Source: Myxococcota bacterium (GTDB taxonomy: Bacteria; Myxococcota_A; UBA796; UBA2385). From it: a stretch of DNA of 64,000 nt. Under the pieces are notes generated by a model that had not been told where the DNA came from, searched no databases, and worked only from the letters and a program-made list of their open reading frames with translations. The stretch spans positions 64,001-128,000 of the forward strand of contig JBIJDH010000001.1 in the NCBI GenBank assembly GCA_044344255.1. Direction: 5' to 3'. A program made the position numbers and the translations under genes. Positions 1-9,119 of this stretch are shown piece after piece. How positions within the stretch are numbered: the stretch's first letter is position 1; every line of letters begins with the position of its first letter.

Positions 1-810
1 GCGGCCGGGCCCGCCCCCACCGCGGCGCCGGTCGAGGCGGTTCGTTTCGACGACGACCCGTGCATCGTCGGGGAGACCGTCTACGTCGTCACGCCGAGCG
101 CCAATTTTCGCGCGGGGCCGATGAAGGAGGCCGCCGCCTTGAAGGCGCTCCCCCTCGGCGCGCCCCTGAAGGTGCTCACGAAGCACGCGGCCACCGAGGT
201 CGACGGTCGCTCCGGCGCCTGGTGCGGCCTGCGAGACGCGGACGGCGCGGTGGGCGCGATGTTTAGCCCCACCCTGTCCGCTCACCGCTGGCAGGCGGAT
301 CTGGACGAGGATGGTCAATCGGACTCGATCTTCGTCTCCTACAACAGCCAGCGTCACCTCCTCGTCCAGGTCCGCTCCCCCGCCGGCCTCACCGGCCTCC
401 TCGACCTTGGGGAGCAGATGGACATGGGCGGGCCGCTCGACGTGGCCGAGGTCGCCATCGCCACAGGGACGGGCGTTCCCCTGCTGCGGGTCTACGTGCC
501 GGGCAGCGAGCAATGCGGCGGCTACTCGAAGGAGTACTACGTGTCGTGGCGGCGGGGTCCGGACGGCCAGCGGGCCGCGCGGCTCGCGCTGTCGGGGGCC
601 ACCGGCGGCGACGCCCCCGTCTACTCTTCCACCGAGTTCACCTTTCATCCGAAGAAGCGGCAGGTTAGCTCTGTACAGACCTTCGGAGAGGCCCTCGAGA
701 GCGGAGAGACCGCCGAGGACATCACCACCACCACCCTCCGGTGGGATGGCGTGGCCTATCAGGAGGTCTCCAAGGTGGAGACCCACAAGGGACCGCCCCG
801 CTCGGAGTGA
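1..810 (+). CDS. SH3b-like domain-containing protein, 5'-partial
   Basis: Frame is open from base 1, upstream of the ATG at 121. VYVVTPSANFRAGP...ALPLGAPLKVL...W resembles bacterial SH3; DLDEDGQSD loop follows. Confidence 0.6.
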   Translation, partial: AAGPAPTAAPVEAVRFDDDPCIVGETVYVVTPSANFRAGPMKEAAALKALPLGAPLKVLTKHAATEVDGRSGAWCGLRDADGAVGAMFSPTLSAHRWQADLDEDGQSDSIFVSYNSQRHLLVQVRSPAGLTGLLDLGEQMDMGGPLDVAEVAIATGTGVPLLRVYVPGSEQCGGYSKEYYVSWRRGPDGQRAARLALSGATGGDAPVYSSTEFTFHPKKRQVSSVQTFGEALESGETAEDITTTTLRWDGVAYQEVSKVETHKGPPRSE

Positions 811-3800
811 CCGTCGCCCGCCGCCGCGCCGGCCGTCAAAACCGACCCGCACCGGCGACGGCGACCCTGGAGGCCGAGGAGGGCAAGGAGGCCGAGGAGA
901 GCGGTCGGCCGGGAGCCCGAGCTGCTGCAGCCGCCTTTGCCGCCGCCAGAGCCACCACCGTCATCCTCCTCGGTGATCCCATCGGTGCCGTCTGTTCCAT
1001 TGGTGCCATCGGCTCCGTCTGCGCCATCCGCCCCGTCCGTGCCATCATCGGCGGAGCCGCAATCGACGACTTCGGGGTCGGTGTCATCGCAGTCGTCGCC
1101 GCCGTAGTCGGCCGAAGTGTGCCCGTCGTGGTCGGCGTCGAAGTCGTCATAGGTGCCGCAGTCGCTGTTCTGGCCATCATAGGGCTCGTCGGGGGCCCCG
1201 GTGTAGACAGTCTCATCTGTATCGTCGCAGTCCCCGCCGCCATGTACGGCGCTGTCCTGTCCGTCTCCGTCGGCGTCCCAGTCGGAGCCCTCGTCACAGG
1301 CCTGGTCTACCCCGTCGTACCATTGCTCCGGGGCGCCGGGGAAGCTGTTCTCATCGTGGTCATCACAGTCCCCGGGCTCTGTGACCTCATCGTCGCCGAG
1401 GGCGCAGACCTCGTGGCTGCTGTCGGTGTCGCCCCAGCCGTCTCCATCCGCGTCATCATAAGCGGTGACCGTGGAGAGGCCGTCATCCGTGACTTCGTCG
1501 CAGTCCTCATCTACGCTATCGCAGGTCTCGGTGGCTTCGGGAGAGATGCTGCCATCGCTGTCGTCGCAGTCATCCCCGAGGGCGACGGTGCCCGCGGGGG
1601 CCTGACAGGCTTTGGAGGAGACTGCGGGGTCGCCATGGCCGTCGCTGTCGCTGTCGGCATACCAGGTGCCGGCATCGGTGGGGGTGCCTTCGTCGATGAG
1701 GCTGTCGCAGTCGTCATCGGCGCTGTTACAGGACTCCGTGGAGCCCGGGGACCGCGAGCCGGTGCTGTCGTCGCAGTCGGTGGAGCTGGCGGCATAGCCG
1801 GAGGGCAGGGAGCAGGCCCGGGTGGTGCCGGCGACCGAGCCATAACCGTCCCCGTCGGCGTCGACATACCAGGTGGGGGCGTCACTCGCGTCGGCCTCAT
1901 CGGTGCTGCCGTCGCAGTCGTCGTCGACCGTATTACATTTCTCTGTAGCGGCCGGAGAGACGGCCGAGGAGCTGTCGGCGCAGTCTGTCCCCGTAGACAC
2001 ATAGCCTGTGGGCAGGCTACAGGCGGAGGTTGTGACCACGGGGTCGCCGTAGCCGTCTCCATCGCTGTCGGCATACCAGGTGGAGCCGCCCGAGGCGCCG
2101 GCCTCGTCGATGCTGCCGTCGCAGTCATCGTCGGTGCTGTTGCAGGTCTCAGTGGCACCGGGGCTCACCGCCGTGCTGCTGTCATTACAGTCGCTGGAGG
2201 TGGCGGTATAGCCGGTGGGCGCGCTGCAGGAGACCGTGGTGGGGCTGCTGCCGCCATATCCGTCGCCGTCGGCGTCCCGGTACCAGGTGGGGGCGTCCAT
2301 GGCGTCGGCCTCGTCGATGCTGCTGTCGCAGTCGTCATCATCGCCGTCGCAGGTCTCGCTCGCACCTGGGTGCTCGGCGCTGTCACCGTCGTCGCAGTCG
2401 GTGGAGAGCGTGGAATATCCAGTCGGGAGGCTGCAGGTCTTTGTCGAGCTCGTGGCGGTGCCGTAGCCGTCCCCGTCCGCATCGGCATAATAGGTGGTGC
2501 CGGTCGTGCCGCTCTCATCGATGGCGCCGTCGCAATCATTGTCGACGCCGTCGCACTCCTCCGTGGCGCCGGGGTGAATGGTGTCGTCGGAGGGGGCGCA
2601 GTCGGCGGAGTCGGCGGAGCCGTCGCCGTCGGTGTCCGTGTCGTAGCCCGTATAGAGCGTACAGTCGTAGGAGCCACAGGCGCCTACATCGTCGAAGCCG
2701 TCCCCGTTGATGTCGCCTGGACCGTTGACGGAGTCCCCGAGGTACCGGTAGCCGAGGGCCGAAACTCCGGCGATCGTGGTGCTCGCGGTAGAGGACAGGC
2801 CGCTCGCCGAGCCCTCCAGGATCCAGATGGCCCCGTCATTGCTGGAGAAGGCCGCATCGCCGACCACCAGATCATCATACCCATCTCCGCTGACGTCACC
2901 GGCCAGGGCGAGCGCGGCGAAGCTGGAGAGGCCCCCAGACACACCTGTGATGACCGTACCCGGGCTGCTGGACAGGCCGGTCGAGCCCGCGGAGTAATAG
3001 ATATAGAGGCGGCCGAGGTTGCTGTCGTAGCCATAGGCCCCGACGGCGAGATCGTCGTAGCCGTCGCCATTGGCGTCCAGCACCGCGATGGAATAGCCGA
3101 AATAGCTCCCAGTGGCCTCTCCAGAGAGCCCGAGGCGGAGGGTGCTGCCCATGCCCGAGGCGCTCCCGTGATAGACCGAGACGCTCCCCGTGCTGCTGGA
3201 GGCGGCGCTCCCGCCCACCGCGAGGTCGGAGTATCCGTCCCCGTTCAGATCCCCCGAGGCGAGGGAACCGCCGAAGTCGATGCCGGTCGACGACGCGCTG
3301 AGGGTGGTGGCCCCCGTGGAGCTGAGCCCGGTCGCGGCGCCATAAAAGACATAGACCCTCTCGTTGCTGCTCCCGCCGGGGGCGCCAGCCGCCACGTCGC
3401 CGTATCCGTCTCCATTTACATCCGACAGACCGAGCAGCGCCAGTCCGAGGTAGGTGGTCCCAGAGCCCGTGTAGCTCCAGGCGCTGCTGCTCTCGAGACC
3501 AGCTGCGCTCCCATGATAGACGAGCAGCCCTCCCTTGTTGCTGGAATCCGAGGGGGTGCCCACTACGACGTCGGCATAACCGTCGCTGTTGATGTCGGTG
3601 CCGCTCACCGCGTGGGCGAAGCCGCTGAGGGTCGCCGGCCCGCTGAGGGTCGACTCCGGATAGTCCGGGAGGCCACTCGTGGCGCCATGGAACAGGTGGA
3701 CATAACCCGGCTGATTCGAGCTCACCTCCGACGAACAGAGGGCGAGATCATCGAAACCATCCCCATTTATGTCGCCGACCCGGGCCACGGTGGGGGATGC

Positions 3801-5732
3801 CAGATAAGCGTCAGGGTTGTCAATCGTATCCGCGGTGGAGGATAGGCCGGTCGAGGTCACTCCCGCATGGAAGAAGATATCCCCCTGAGGAGCGTCGCCA
3901 TAGTAGGGGGCGCCAACCAGGAGGTCATCCACCTCATCCCCATTCTGATCGGCCCGGTTCGACAGGGAGTAGCCGAGGTATCGACCGGTCGTGGAGCCCC
4001 GGATGCTGAGGCTACGGGTGGAAGCCGCGCCGCTGCTGCTCCCCTTATAGACCACCACCTCCCCGGTTGAGGCGGAGTATCCGTAGGCGCCGATGGTGAC
4101 ATCGTCGTAACCATCGGCATCCCAGTCTCCGAGGGAGAGGGCGGAGCCGAAATAGTTGCTCGTAGAGTAGCCCACCCAGGAGGCGCTGGCGGTCGTGGAG
4201 GGGCCACTCGCGCCGCCGAGGTACAGATAGACCTTACCCGTGTTGGTACTGAGGGTGGGGTCGCTGATGAGGAGGTCGGCATACCCATCCCCGTTCACGT
4301 CTCCCCCGCCAGCGAGGCCCGCCCCGAAGGTGGCTGAGCCGGACTGGGTGAAGCTGCTGGTCGCGGAGGCTCCGATCCCGGCGCTGCTGCCGAGGTAGAG
4401 GCTCACGGTGTCGGATGTGGAGCTGGTGACGAGGACATCGTCGTAACCATCTCCGTTCACATCCCCCGCGGCCCCGACCAAATAGCCGAGCTTGGGGGAG
4501 CCGGTCCCGCCCGAGACGGTTCGGGCGGGGCTGCTTGACAGGCCCGAGGCAGAGCCGTGATAGACAAAGAGCTTGCCCTTGCTGGAGGAGGCCCCATAGG
4601 CGCCGATCAGCACGTCGTCATAGCCGTCGCCATCCACATCCCCAGCCCCCGCCAGCGCGGCCCCGAAATAATCGCCCGCGGCGGAGCCCGACAGACTCAA
4701 GTCCGACGTGGCGTCCGTCCCACTCGAAGCGCCGAGGTAGAGATCGACCTGGCCATAGAGGCTCCCCGTCGTGCGGGAGCTGATGAGCACGTCGTCATAA
4801 CCATCCCCATCTACATCCCCCGCCGCCGCCACATGGAGCCCGAAATAGGAGCTGAGGTCGTCACCCTGGAACACGGTGTCTGGCTTCTGCGAAAATCCAG
4901 TCGGGCCCCCGAGGTAGAGGTAGGCGCGGCCAGTGTAGCCGCCTTTCTCGTAGCCGCCGGCCAGGGCGTCGTCGTAACCGTCTCCGTTAACATCTCCCGC
5001 GCTGACGACCGTTCTGCCGAAGGCGGAGTCTCCCGCGAGGGTGGACCACGTGGCCGAGGTGTAGATGGGGTCGATCTCGATTGGATATTCTGCCCCGGCA
5101 TCGTTGATGGAGAGGAGGAAGCCCTGTCCGTCGGGGAAGGCTTCGATCGGAAGGGCACGTTCATCCGCATCCCAGGCTGCGAAGCCACCGATGGACAGGG
5201 CCTCCCCGGCGGCGTCGGTGACAGACAGGTGCATGGGGCCTCCCGTGACGGCGGTGGCCCCCTCCAGCCCCACATGCAGCTCGAGCACACCCTCGCCGGC
5301 CGGAGCCTCATCGAGGGTCCAGCGCTGCTGCAGGCCAATACCGAGCGTCTCCCAGCGCTCAACGAGGCCGGGCCGGTGAAGCTCGGCGCTGGGAGCACAG
5401 GGGAGGGAGTCGAGCTCGCAGCCCCGGAGCACCGGCCGCGAGGGAGGATCGAGCTCGAACAGGCGGCCCCCTCGACCCAGACTGCGGGTCTCCACCTGGA
5501 GGCGAGGGAGGGTCTCTCCGGGGGCGCGCAGGGCAAGTCCGCGGGGGTCGAGGGAGACCCGGAGGGGGCCGAGCGACGCGAGGAGGGTGCCGTCCCCGTG
5601 CCGGGTGAAGCCCGTTCCGCTGGGTTCCGGGCTCAACCCTCTCGCCGCGAGGCCGCTGGCTGTGTCGCGGGCGCCCTCAGGGCCCGTGCAGGAGATCAGG
5701 ACGAGCAGGACGGAAGGGGTCAAGGGGCGCAT
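759..5732 (-). CDS. Large surface lipoprotein (1657 aa): 14 FG-GAP repeats, ~8 Cys/Asp MopE-like repeats, G-X-D linker, MYXO-CTERM-like tail
   Basis: Start MRPLTPSVLLVLISC at 5732. 14 GD(V/I)NGDGYDD-type motifs; DCDD..(H/S)PGA.E.C...DDDCD..IDE repeats; GGCSS...LLGLLALLGLQGRRRR near the C-terminus. Confidence 0.85.
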   Translation of the reverse strand: MRPLTPSVLLVLISCTGPEGARDTASGLAARGLSPEPSGTGFTRHGDGTLLASLGPLRVSLDPRGLALRAPGETLPRLQVETRSLGRGGRLFELDPPSRPVLRGCELDSLPCAPSAELHRPGLVERWETLGIGLQQRWTLDEAPAGEGVLELHVGLEGATAVTGGPMHLSVTDAAGEALSIGGFAAWDADERALPIEAFPDGQGFLLSINDAGAEYPIEIDPIYTSATWSTLAGDSAFGRTVVSAGDVNGDGYDDALAGGYEKGGYTGRAYLYLGGPTGFSQKPDTVFQGDDLSSYFGLHVAAAGDVDGDGYDDVLISSRTTGSLYGQVDLYLGASSGTDATSDLSLSGSAAGDYFGAALAGAGDVDGDGYDDVLIGAYGASSSKGKLFVYHGSASGLSSSPARTVSGGTGSPKLGYLVGAAGDVNGDGYDDVLVTSSTSDTVSLYLGSSAGIGASATSSFTQSGSATFGAGLAGGGDVNGDGYADLLISDPTLSTNTGKVYLYLGGASGPSTTASASWVGYSTSNYFGSALSLGDWDADGYDDVTIGAYGYSASTGEVVVYKGSSSGAASTRSLSIRGSTTGRYLGYSLSNRADQNGDEVDDLLVGAPYYGDAPQGDIFFHAGVTSTGLSSTADTIDNPDAYLASPTVARVGDINGDGFDDLALCSSEVSSNQPGYVHLFHGATSGLPDYPESTLSGPATLSGFAHAVSGTDINSDGYADVVVGTPSDSSNKGGLLVYHGSAAGLESSSAWSYTGSGTTYLGLALLGLSDVNGDGYGDVAAGAPGGSSNERVYVFYGAATGLSSTGATTLSASSTGIDFGGSLASGDLNGDGYSDLAVGGSAASSSTGSVSVYHGSASGMGSTLRLGLSGEATGSYFGYSIAVLDANGDGYDDLAVGAYGYDSNLGRLYIYYSAGSTGLSSSPGTVITGVSGGLSSFAALALAGDVSGDGYDDLVVGDAAFSSNDGAIWILEGSASGLSSTASTTIAGVSALGYRYLGDSVNGPGDINGDGFDDVGACGSYDCTLYTGYDTDTDGDGSADSADCAPSDDTIHPGATEECDGVDNDCDGAIDESGTTGTTYYADADGDGYGTATSSTKTCSLPTGYSTLSTDCDDGDSAEHPGASETCDGDDDDCDSSIDEADAMDAPTWYRDADGDGYGGSSPTTVSCSAPTGYTATSSDCNDSSTAVSPGATETCNSTDDDCDGSIDEAGASGGSTWYADSDGDGYGDPVVTTSACSLPTGYVSTGTDCADSSSAVSPAATEKCNTVDDDCDGSTDEADASDAPTWYVDADGDGYGSVAGTTRACSLPSGYAASSTDCDDSTGSRSPGSTESCNSADDDCDSLIDEGTPTDAGTWYADSDSDGHGDPAVSSKACQAPAGTVALGDDCDDSDGSISPEATETCDSVDEDCDEVTDDGLSTVTAYDDADGDGWGDTDSSHEVCALGDDEVTEPGDCDDHDENSFPGAPEQWYDGVDQACDEGSDWDADGDGQDSAVHGGGDCDDTDETVYTGAPDEPYDGQNSDCGTYDDFDADHDGHTSADYGGDDCDDTDPEVVDCGSADDGTDGADGADGADGTNGTDGTDGITEEDDGGGSGGGKGGCSSSGSRPTALLGLLALLGLQGRRRRCGSVLTAGAAAGDGHSERGGPLWVSTLETS

Positions 5733-5798
5733 TCGGGGCTCCGAATAGACAAGGTAGCACAGACCCTGGCTGGGGGGCTGATCCTCATCCGCGAGCAG

Positions 5799-6010
5799 TG
5801 GAGCAGCCCCGAAATGGTAAAACCAACCAATAAACAGGAGAGGATGTCCGCATGCCCCGCAAGGTCTACACCCCCGAGTGCCGGTCTCACCGGATCTCGC
5901 TCGTCCAGGCGAGCCGAACGCTGGAGTCGCTGGCAAACGAGCTCGATCCGTCCGCGGCGGGTCGCTCGACGTGGCCGAGGCCGCGATGCCGAGCCGATCC
6001 GGAGCGGATA
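5799..6010 (+). mobile_element. Degenerate IS3-family left end and transposase OrfA N-terminal remnant
   Basis: TG-initiated TGGAGCAGCCCCGAAATGG end, RBS AGGAGAGG, then MPRKVYTPECRSHRISLVQASRTLESLANELDPSAAGRSTW from 5852. This resembles the OrfA HTH pattern Y.PEFR...V.LV..GR....LA.E..PS......W. No OrfB follows. Confidence 0.55.
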
Positions 6011-6017
6011 GGCCCCC

Positions 6018-6752
6018 GTGATGCGCGCCCTCCGCCCCGTCGTCCTCGACCTCGACCAGACCCTCATCCGCGCCGAGGTGCTCGACTGGGCCCTCTGGCT
6101 CGACGCGATGGCCGAGGCCTTCGGCCAGCCCGTCCCCCTCGACCAGGACTGGGGCGCCTACCCCGTCCACACCGACCACGGGCTGCTCGAGAGCCTGTCC
6201 CAGCAGCTCCGGGGCCGGCCCTTCGAGGACCACGAGCGGGCCCGCTTCGAGGCCGACCTCTTCTCCCGCATTGACGCCGCCCTCGCGGCCGACCCCGGCG
6301 TCTTCGTGCCCATCTCCGGGGCGGGGGCCCTCCTCGCCGCGCTCCAGGGGCGGTCCTGCCTCGCCACCGGCAACCTCCACCCGGTGACCCTGCGCAAGCT
6401 CCGCTCCTCCGGCCTCGACCGCTGGCCCCTCCCCTGCTCCTGCTCCGGCCCCGGCATCGACCGCGCCGAGCTCGTCCGGCGCGCCCTCCTCCGCGTCGGA
6501 TGGGCGCCAGGGGCCGCGGCCACCTCCTTCGGCGACGGCGTCTGGGACGTGCGCGCCGCCCGCGCCTTGGGCATCGGCTTCGTAGGGGTCGCCCAGTCCG
6601 ACCGCCACGAGGCGCGGCTCCGCGCCGCCGGCGCCGCCCACGTCATCCGCGACTACGACGACCTCGACGCCGTGCTGCAGCTCACCCAGGAGGCCCCCCT
6701 CCCCGGCCCCGAGTCTGCGACCGCCTGGAAGGCGCCGCAGGCCGCCGAGTGA
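6018..6752 (+). CDS. HAD-superfamily hydrolase
   Basis: VLDLDQTL motif I, ATGN motif II, GDGVWD motif IV. Confidence 0.85.
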   Translation: MMRALRPVVLDLDQTLIRAEVLDWALWLDAMAEAFGQPVPLDQDWGAYPVHTDHGLLESLSQQLRGRPFEDHERARFEADLFSRIDAALAADPGVFVPISGAGALLAALQGRSCLATGNLHPVTLRKLRSSGLDRWPLPCSCSGPGIDRAELVRRALLRVGWAPGAAATSFGDGVWDVRAARALGIGFVGVAQSDRHEARLRAAGAAHVIRDYDDLDAVLQLTQEAPLPGPESATAWKAPQAAE

Positions 6753-7510
6753 GCGCACTCGCCGAGCCGGGCGCCGCCGATCTCGTCACCCTCGAGGTCG
6801 AGCGCCTGCGCGGCCTCCTCCGGGCTGGTCGTGACCCTGACGTCGCCGCCGGACAGACCGCTTATCTCAAGGGCCTCGTCCGCTTCTATGGCTGGAAGGG
6901 CCCCCGGGTGGTGGCGCTCTCCCGCGCCGAGCAAGCGGCGACAAAGGGCTGGGCGCCGGCTGAGCGGATAGACCTCGGCCTCCGCCTCCTCGACTCCGAG
7001 TGGGGAGAGGAGCAGCAGCTCGGCCTCCTGATCCTCTATCGGCACCGCCAGTCCGCCCCGACAGACCTCACCCTCCGCCTCGAGCCCATCTTCGACCGCC
7101 GCGCCACCAACTGGGCCACCTGCGACGCTATCTGCGGCCGCGTGCTCCGCCACCGCCTCCCGCAGGCCGCCGACCGCGCGCGCCTCCTCCGCTGGAGCGA
7201 GTCTGCCAACACCTGGCGCCGCCGCGCGGCCTGCGTCGCCTACGTCAACGAAGCCCGCAAGGGGCTCTACGCCGAGGAGATCCGCCTCGTCGTCCCCCAG
7301 GCCCTGGCCATCGACGAGCGCTTCGTCCAGCTCGGCGCCGGCTGGCTGCTCCGCGAGCGCTGGCTGGCCGCCCCCGACGAGGTGGTGGCCTTCCTCCGCG
7401 CGCAGGGCGGCGAGATGCGGCGGGAGGCGCTGCGCTACGCGATCGAGAAGATGCCGCCGGAGCAGCGAGAGGCGCTGCTCCGGGAGACTGGCCCGGCCCG
7501 CCGCGGCTGA
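6749..7510 (+). CDS. DNA alkylation repair protein (AlkD-like HEAT repeat)
   Basis: GTG overlaps the upstream stop (GTGA). NWATCD, W..S.N.W.RR, VQLGAGWLLRE, ALRYAIEKM motifs. Confidence 0.85.
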   Translation: MSALAEPGAADLVTLEVERLRGLLRAGRDPDVAAGQTAYLKGLVRFYGWKGPRVVALSRAEQAATKGWAPAERIDLGLRLLDSEWGEEQQLGLLILYRHRQSAPTDLTLRLEPIFDRRATNWATCDAICGRVLRHRLPQAADRARLLRWSESANTWRRRAACVAYVNEARKGLYAEEIRLVVPQALAIDERFVQLGAGWLLRERWLAAPDEVVAFLRAQGGEMRREALRYAIEKMPPEQREALLRETGPARRG

Positions 7511-7536
7511 GCGTCGATGGTGCGCCGGCCCGTCGC

Positions 7537-7992
7537 TTAGAACCCAGCCTCCACTGAGCCCACCAGCGCCACCTCGCCCACGCCCGAGGCGCGCGCGGTG
7601 TAGAGCACCTTGCGCACCACGCCGTACTCGACGCGGCGGTCGACGTGGACCTCGACCCGCTTCGAGTTCTTGGTGGCGAGCAGGCGGTCGTAGATCTCCT
7701 TCACCATCGGCTCCTCGGGGAGGTAGGCCGTGGCGATGACGCGGTTGCCGTCGATGTAGACGGCGTCCGTCGAGACGAGGAGCACGAGGGAATTGGGCCG
7801 GGGGTCCTGGCTCGCGGTGTTCGGCAGCTCGAAGACCCCCTCGGGCGGGGCCGGGGAGGGCTCGCTCGAGTAGGTGCGGAGCAGGAAGACGAGGAGGAGC
7901 GTCATCATGTCGACCATCGGCGCGAGGGCGCCGATGTCGAGGCCGGAGGCGGCGGACTCGACCGGGAGGCCAACGAGGCGGCGGCGGCTCAT
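7537..7992 (-). CDS. ExbD/TolR-family biopolymer transporter (AglS-like)
   Basis: TM segment APMVDMMTLLLVFLL with conserved Asp; D....Y..V.KV..T....G periplasmic motif. Confidence 0.85.
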   Translation of the reverse strand: MSRRRLVGLPVESAASGLDIGALAPMVDMMTLLLVFLLRTYSSEPSPAPPEGVFELPNTASQDPRPNSLVLLVSTDAVYIDGNRVIATAYLPEEPMVKEIYDRLLATKNSKRVEVHVDRRVEYGVVRKVLYTARASGVGEVALVGSVEAGF

Positions 7993-8501
7993 CCGTCCGC
8001 CAGGGTGAGCTTGGGGAAGTAGGGCGTGGCCGGCGGGCCCTTGATGATGTCCATGGCGCGGAAGAGCTGGTCCATCGAGGTGCGGTCGTCCGGGGCGAGG
8101 GAGGCGTTCTCCTGGGCCGGGTCCATGCCGTGGATCTGAGCCATCGTGGCGTCGAGGAGCACGAGGTCAACCTTGCCGTCGGCGGCGGCGGGGATGAGCA
8201 CCTGGCGCCGCTCCACCGAGGTGGCGGCGGCGGCGATGTCGGTGGACTGCACCTCGAAGTCCACCTGGGTGCTGCCCTCGCGGATCGAGATGGTCACCTT
8301 CTTCAGGAGTCCGGTGTGGGGCAGCAGCGCGAGGTCGGCGGTGGAGCTCACCTTGAGGGTGTGCACGCCGAGGCGCTGACCGGTGGAGGTGGAGAGCAGG
8401 AAGAAGAGCAGGAGGAAGAGGAGCGTGACGATGCCGAGCATCGTCGGCCGGACGTCGGCCGGCTCCTCGCTGTGGCTCGAGCTGAGCAGCCGCCGCTTCA
8501 C
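7989..8501 (-). CDS. ExbD/TolR-family protein lacking the TM Asp
   Basis: N-terminal TM PTMLGIVTLLFLLLFFLL; C-terminal PDD.TS...L..AMD; coupled to flanking exbB/exbD by 4-bp overlaps. Confidence 0.75.
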   Translation of the reverse strand: MKRRLLSSSHSEEPADVRPTMLGIVTLLFLLLFFLLSTSTGQRLGVHTLKVSSTADLALLPHTGLLKKVTISIREGSTQVDFEVQSTDIAAAATSVERRQVLIPAAADGKVDLVLLDATMAQIHGMDPAQENASLAPDDRTSMDQLFRAMDIIKGPPATPYFPKLTLADG

Positions 8502-9103
8502 GACGCGCGGGCCATCTTGATCGCGAGGATGACCCGGCCGGCGGCGTACTCGATCTGCCCGATGAGCTCGCGGCAGCGGGCCTCGGCGATGGCGTGAGCG
8601 CCGAGCGCCGGGATGGCGACCACGAGGCCGAAGGCGGTGGTGGCCATGGCGGTGGCGCTGCCCTCAGAGAGGCGGGCGGCGCGCTCGGCCCCCGCGGCGT
8701 CCCCGACGGCGCCGAACGCGAGCATGAGGCCATAGACGGTGCCCACGAGGCCGATCATCGTCGAGATCGAGGCCACCGCCGAGAGGTAGGAGACGCGGCG
8801 CCGAATCTGGAGATCGGCCCGCACCGCGGCGGCGGTCATCGCCTCCCAGGCGAGGTCCGGGTCCTTGTGGGCGGCGCCGGCGGCGATGACCGCCTCCACC
8901 GGCGTGTCGCCGACGGCGACGGACTCACCGGCCTTGATCTTCGGCTCTACGACGGCGAGGAGCGCGTCGACGTCGCAGCGGGCGCCCAGGAGCGCCACGG
9001 CCCGCTCGATGGCCACCGCCATCGCGAAGGCCCCCACCACGAGCAGCGCATAGAGGAAGGGAGCAGAGGGGCCGGAGAAGGCCTGAAGCAGGTAACCAAG
9101 CAA
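8498..9103 (-). CDS. MotA/TolQ/ExbB proton channel protein
   Basis: ISTMIGLVGTVYGLMLAF and AMATTAFGLVVAIPA TM motifs; TTG start. Confidence 0.9.
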   Translation of the reverse strand: MLGYLLQAFSGPSAPFLYALLVVGAFAMAVAIERAVALLGARCDVDALLAVVEPKIKAGESVAVGDTPVEAVIAAGAAHKDPDLAWEAMTAAAVRADLQIRRRVSYLSAVASISTMIGLVGTVYGLMLAFGAVGDAAGAERAARLSEGSATAMATTAFGLVVAIPALGAHAIAEARCRELIGQIEYAAGRVILAIKMARAS

Positions 9104-9119
9104 TGGAGCTCCTCGGGCC

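Noticed and set aside
1100..2700. Possible CRISPR array or mobile repeat
   Set aside because: Degenerate coding repeats (MopE-like motifs); no constant repeat-spacer pattern and no cas genes.
741..3845. 1034-aa plus-strand ORF, and similar long ORFs 12747..15440, 19094..21229, 47819..51019, 57202..59493
   Set aside because: Antisense shadows of real genes, typical of high-GC DNA; no recognisable motifs.
5733..6758. N-terminal 342 aa of the 1999-aa track ORF
   Set aside because: Antisense to the HAD gene and IS remnant; the signal peptide begins at 5732.
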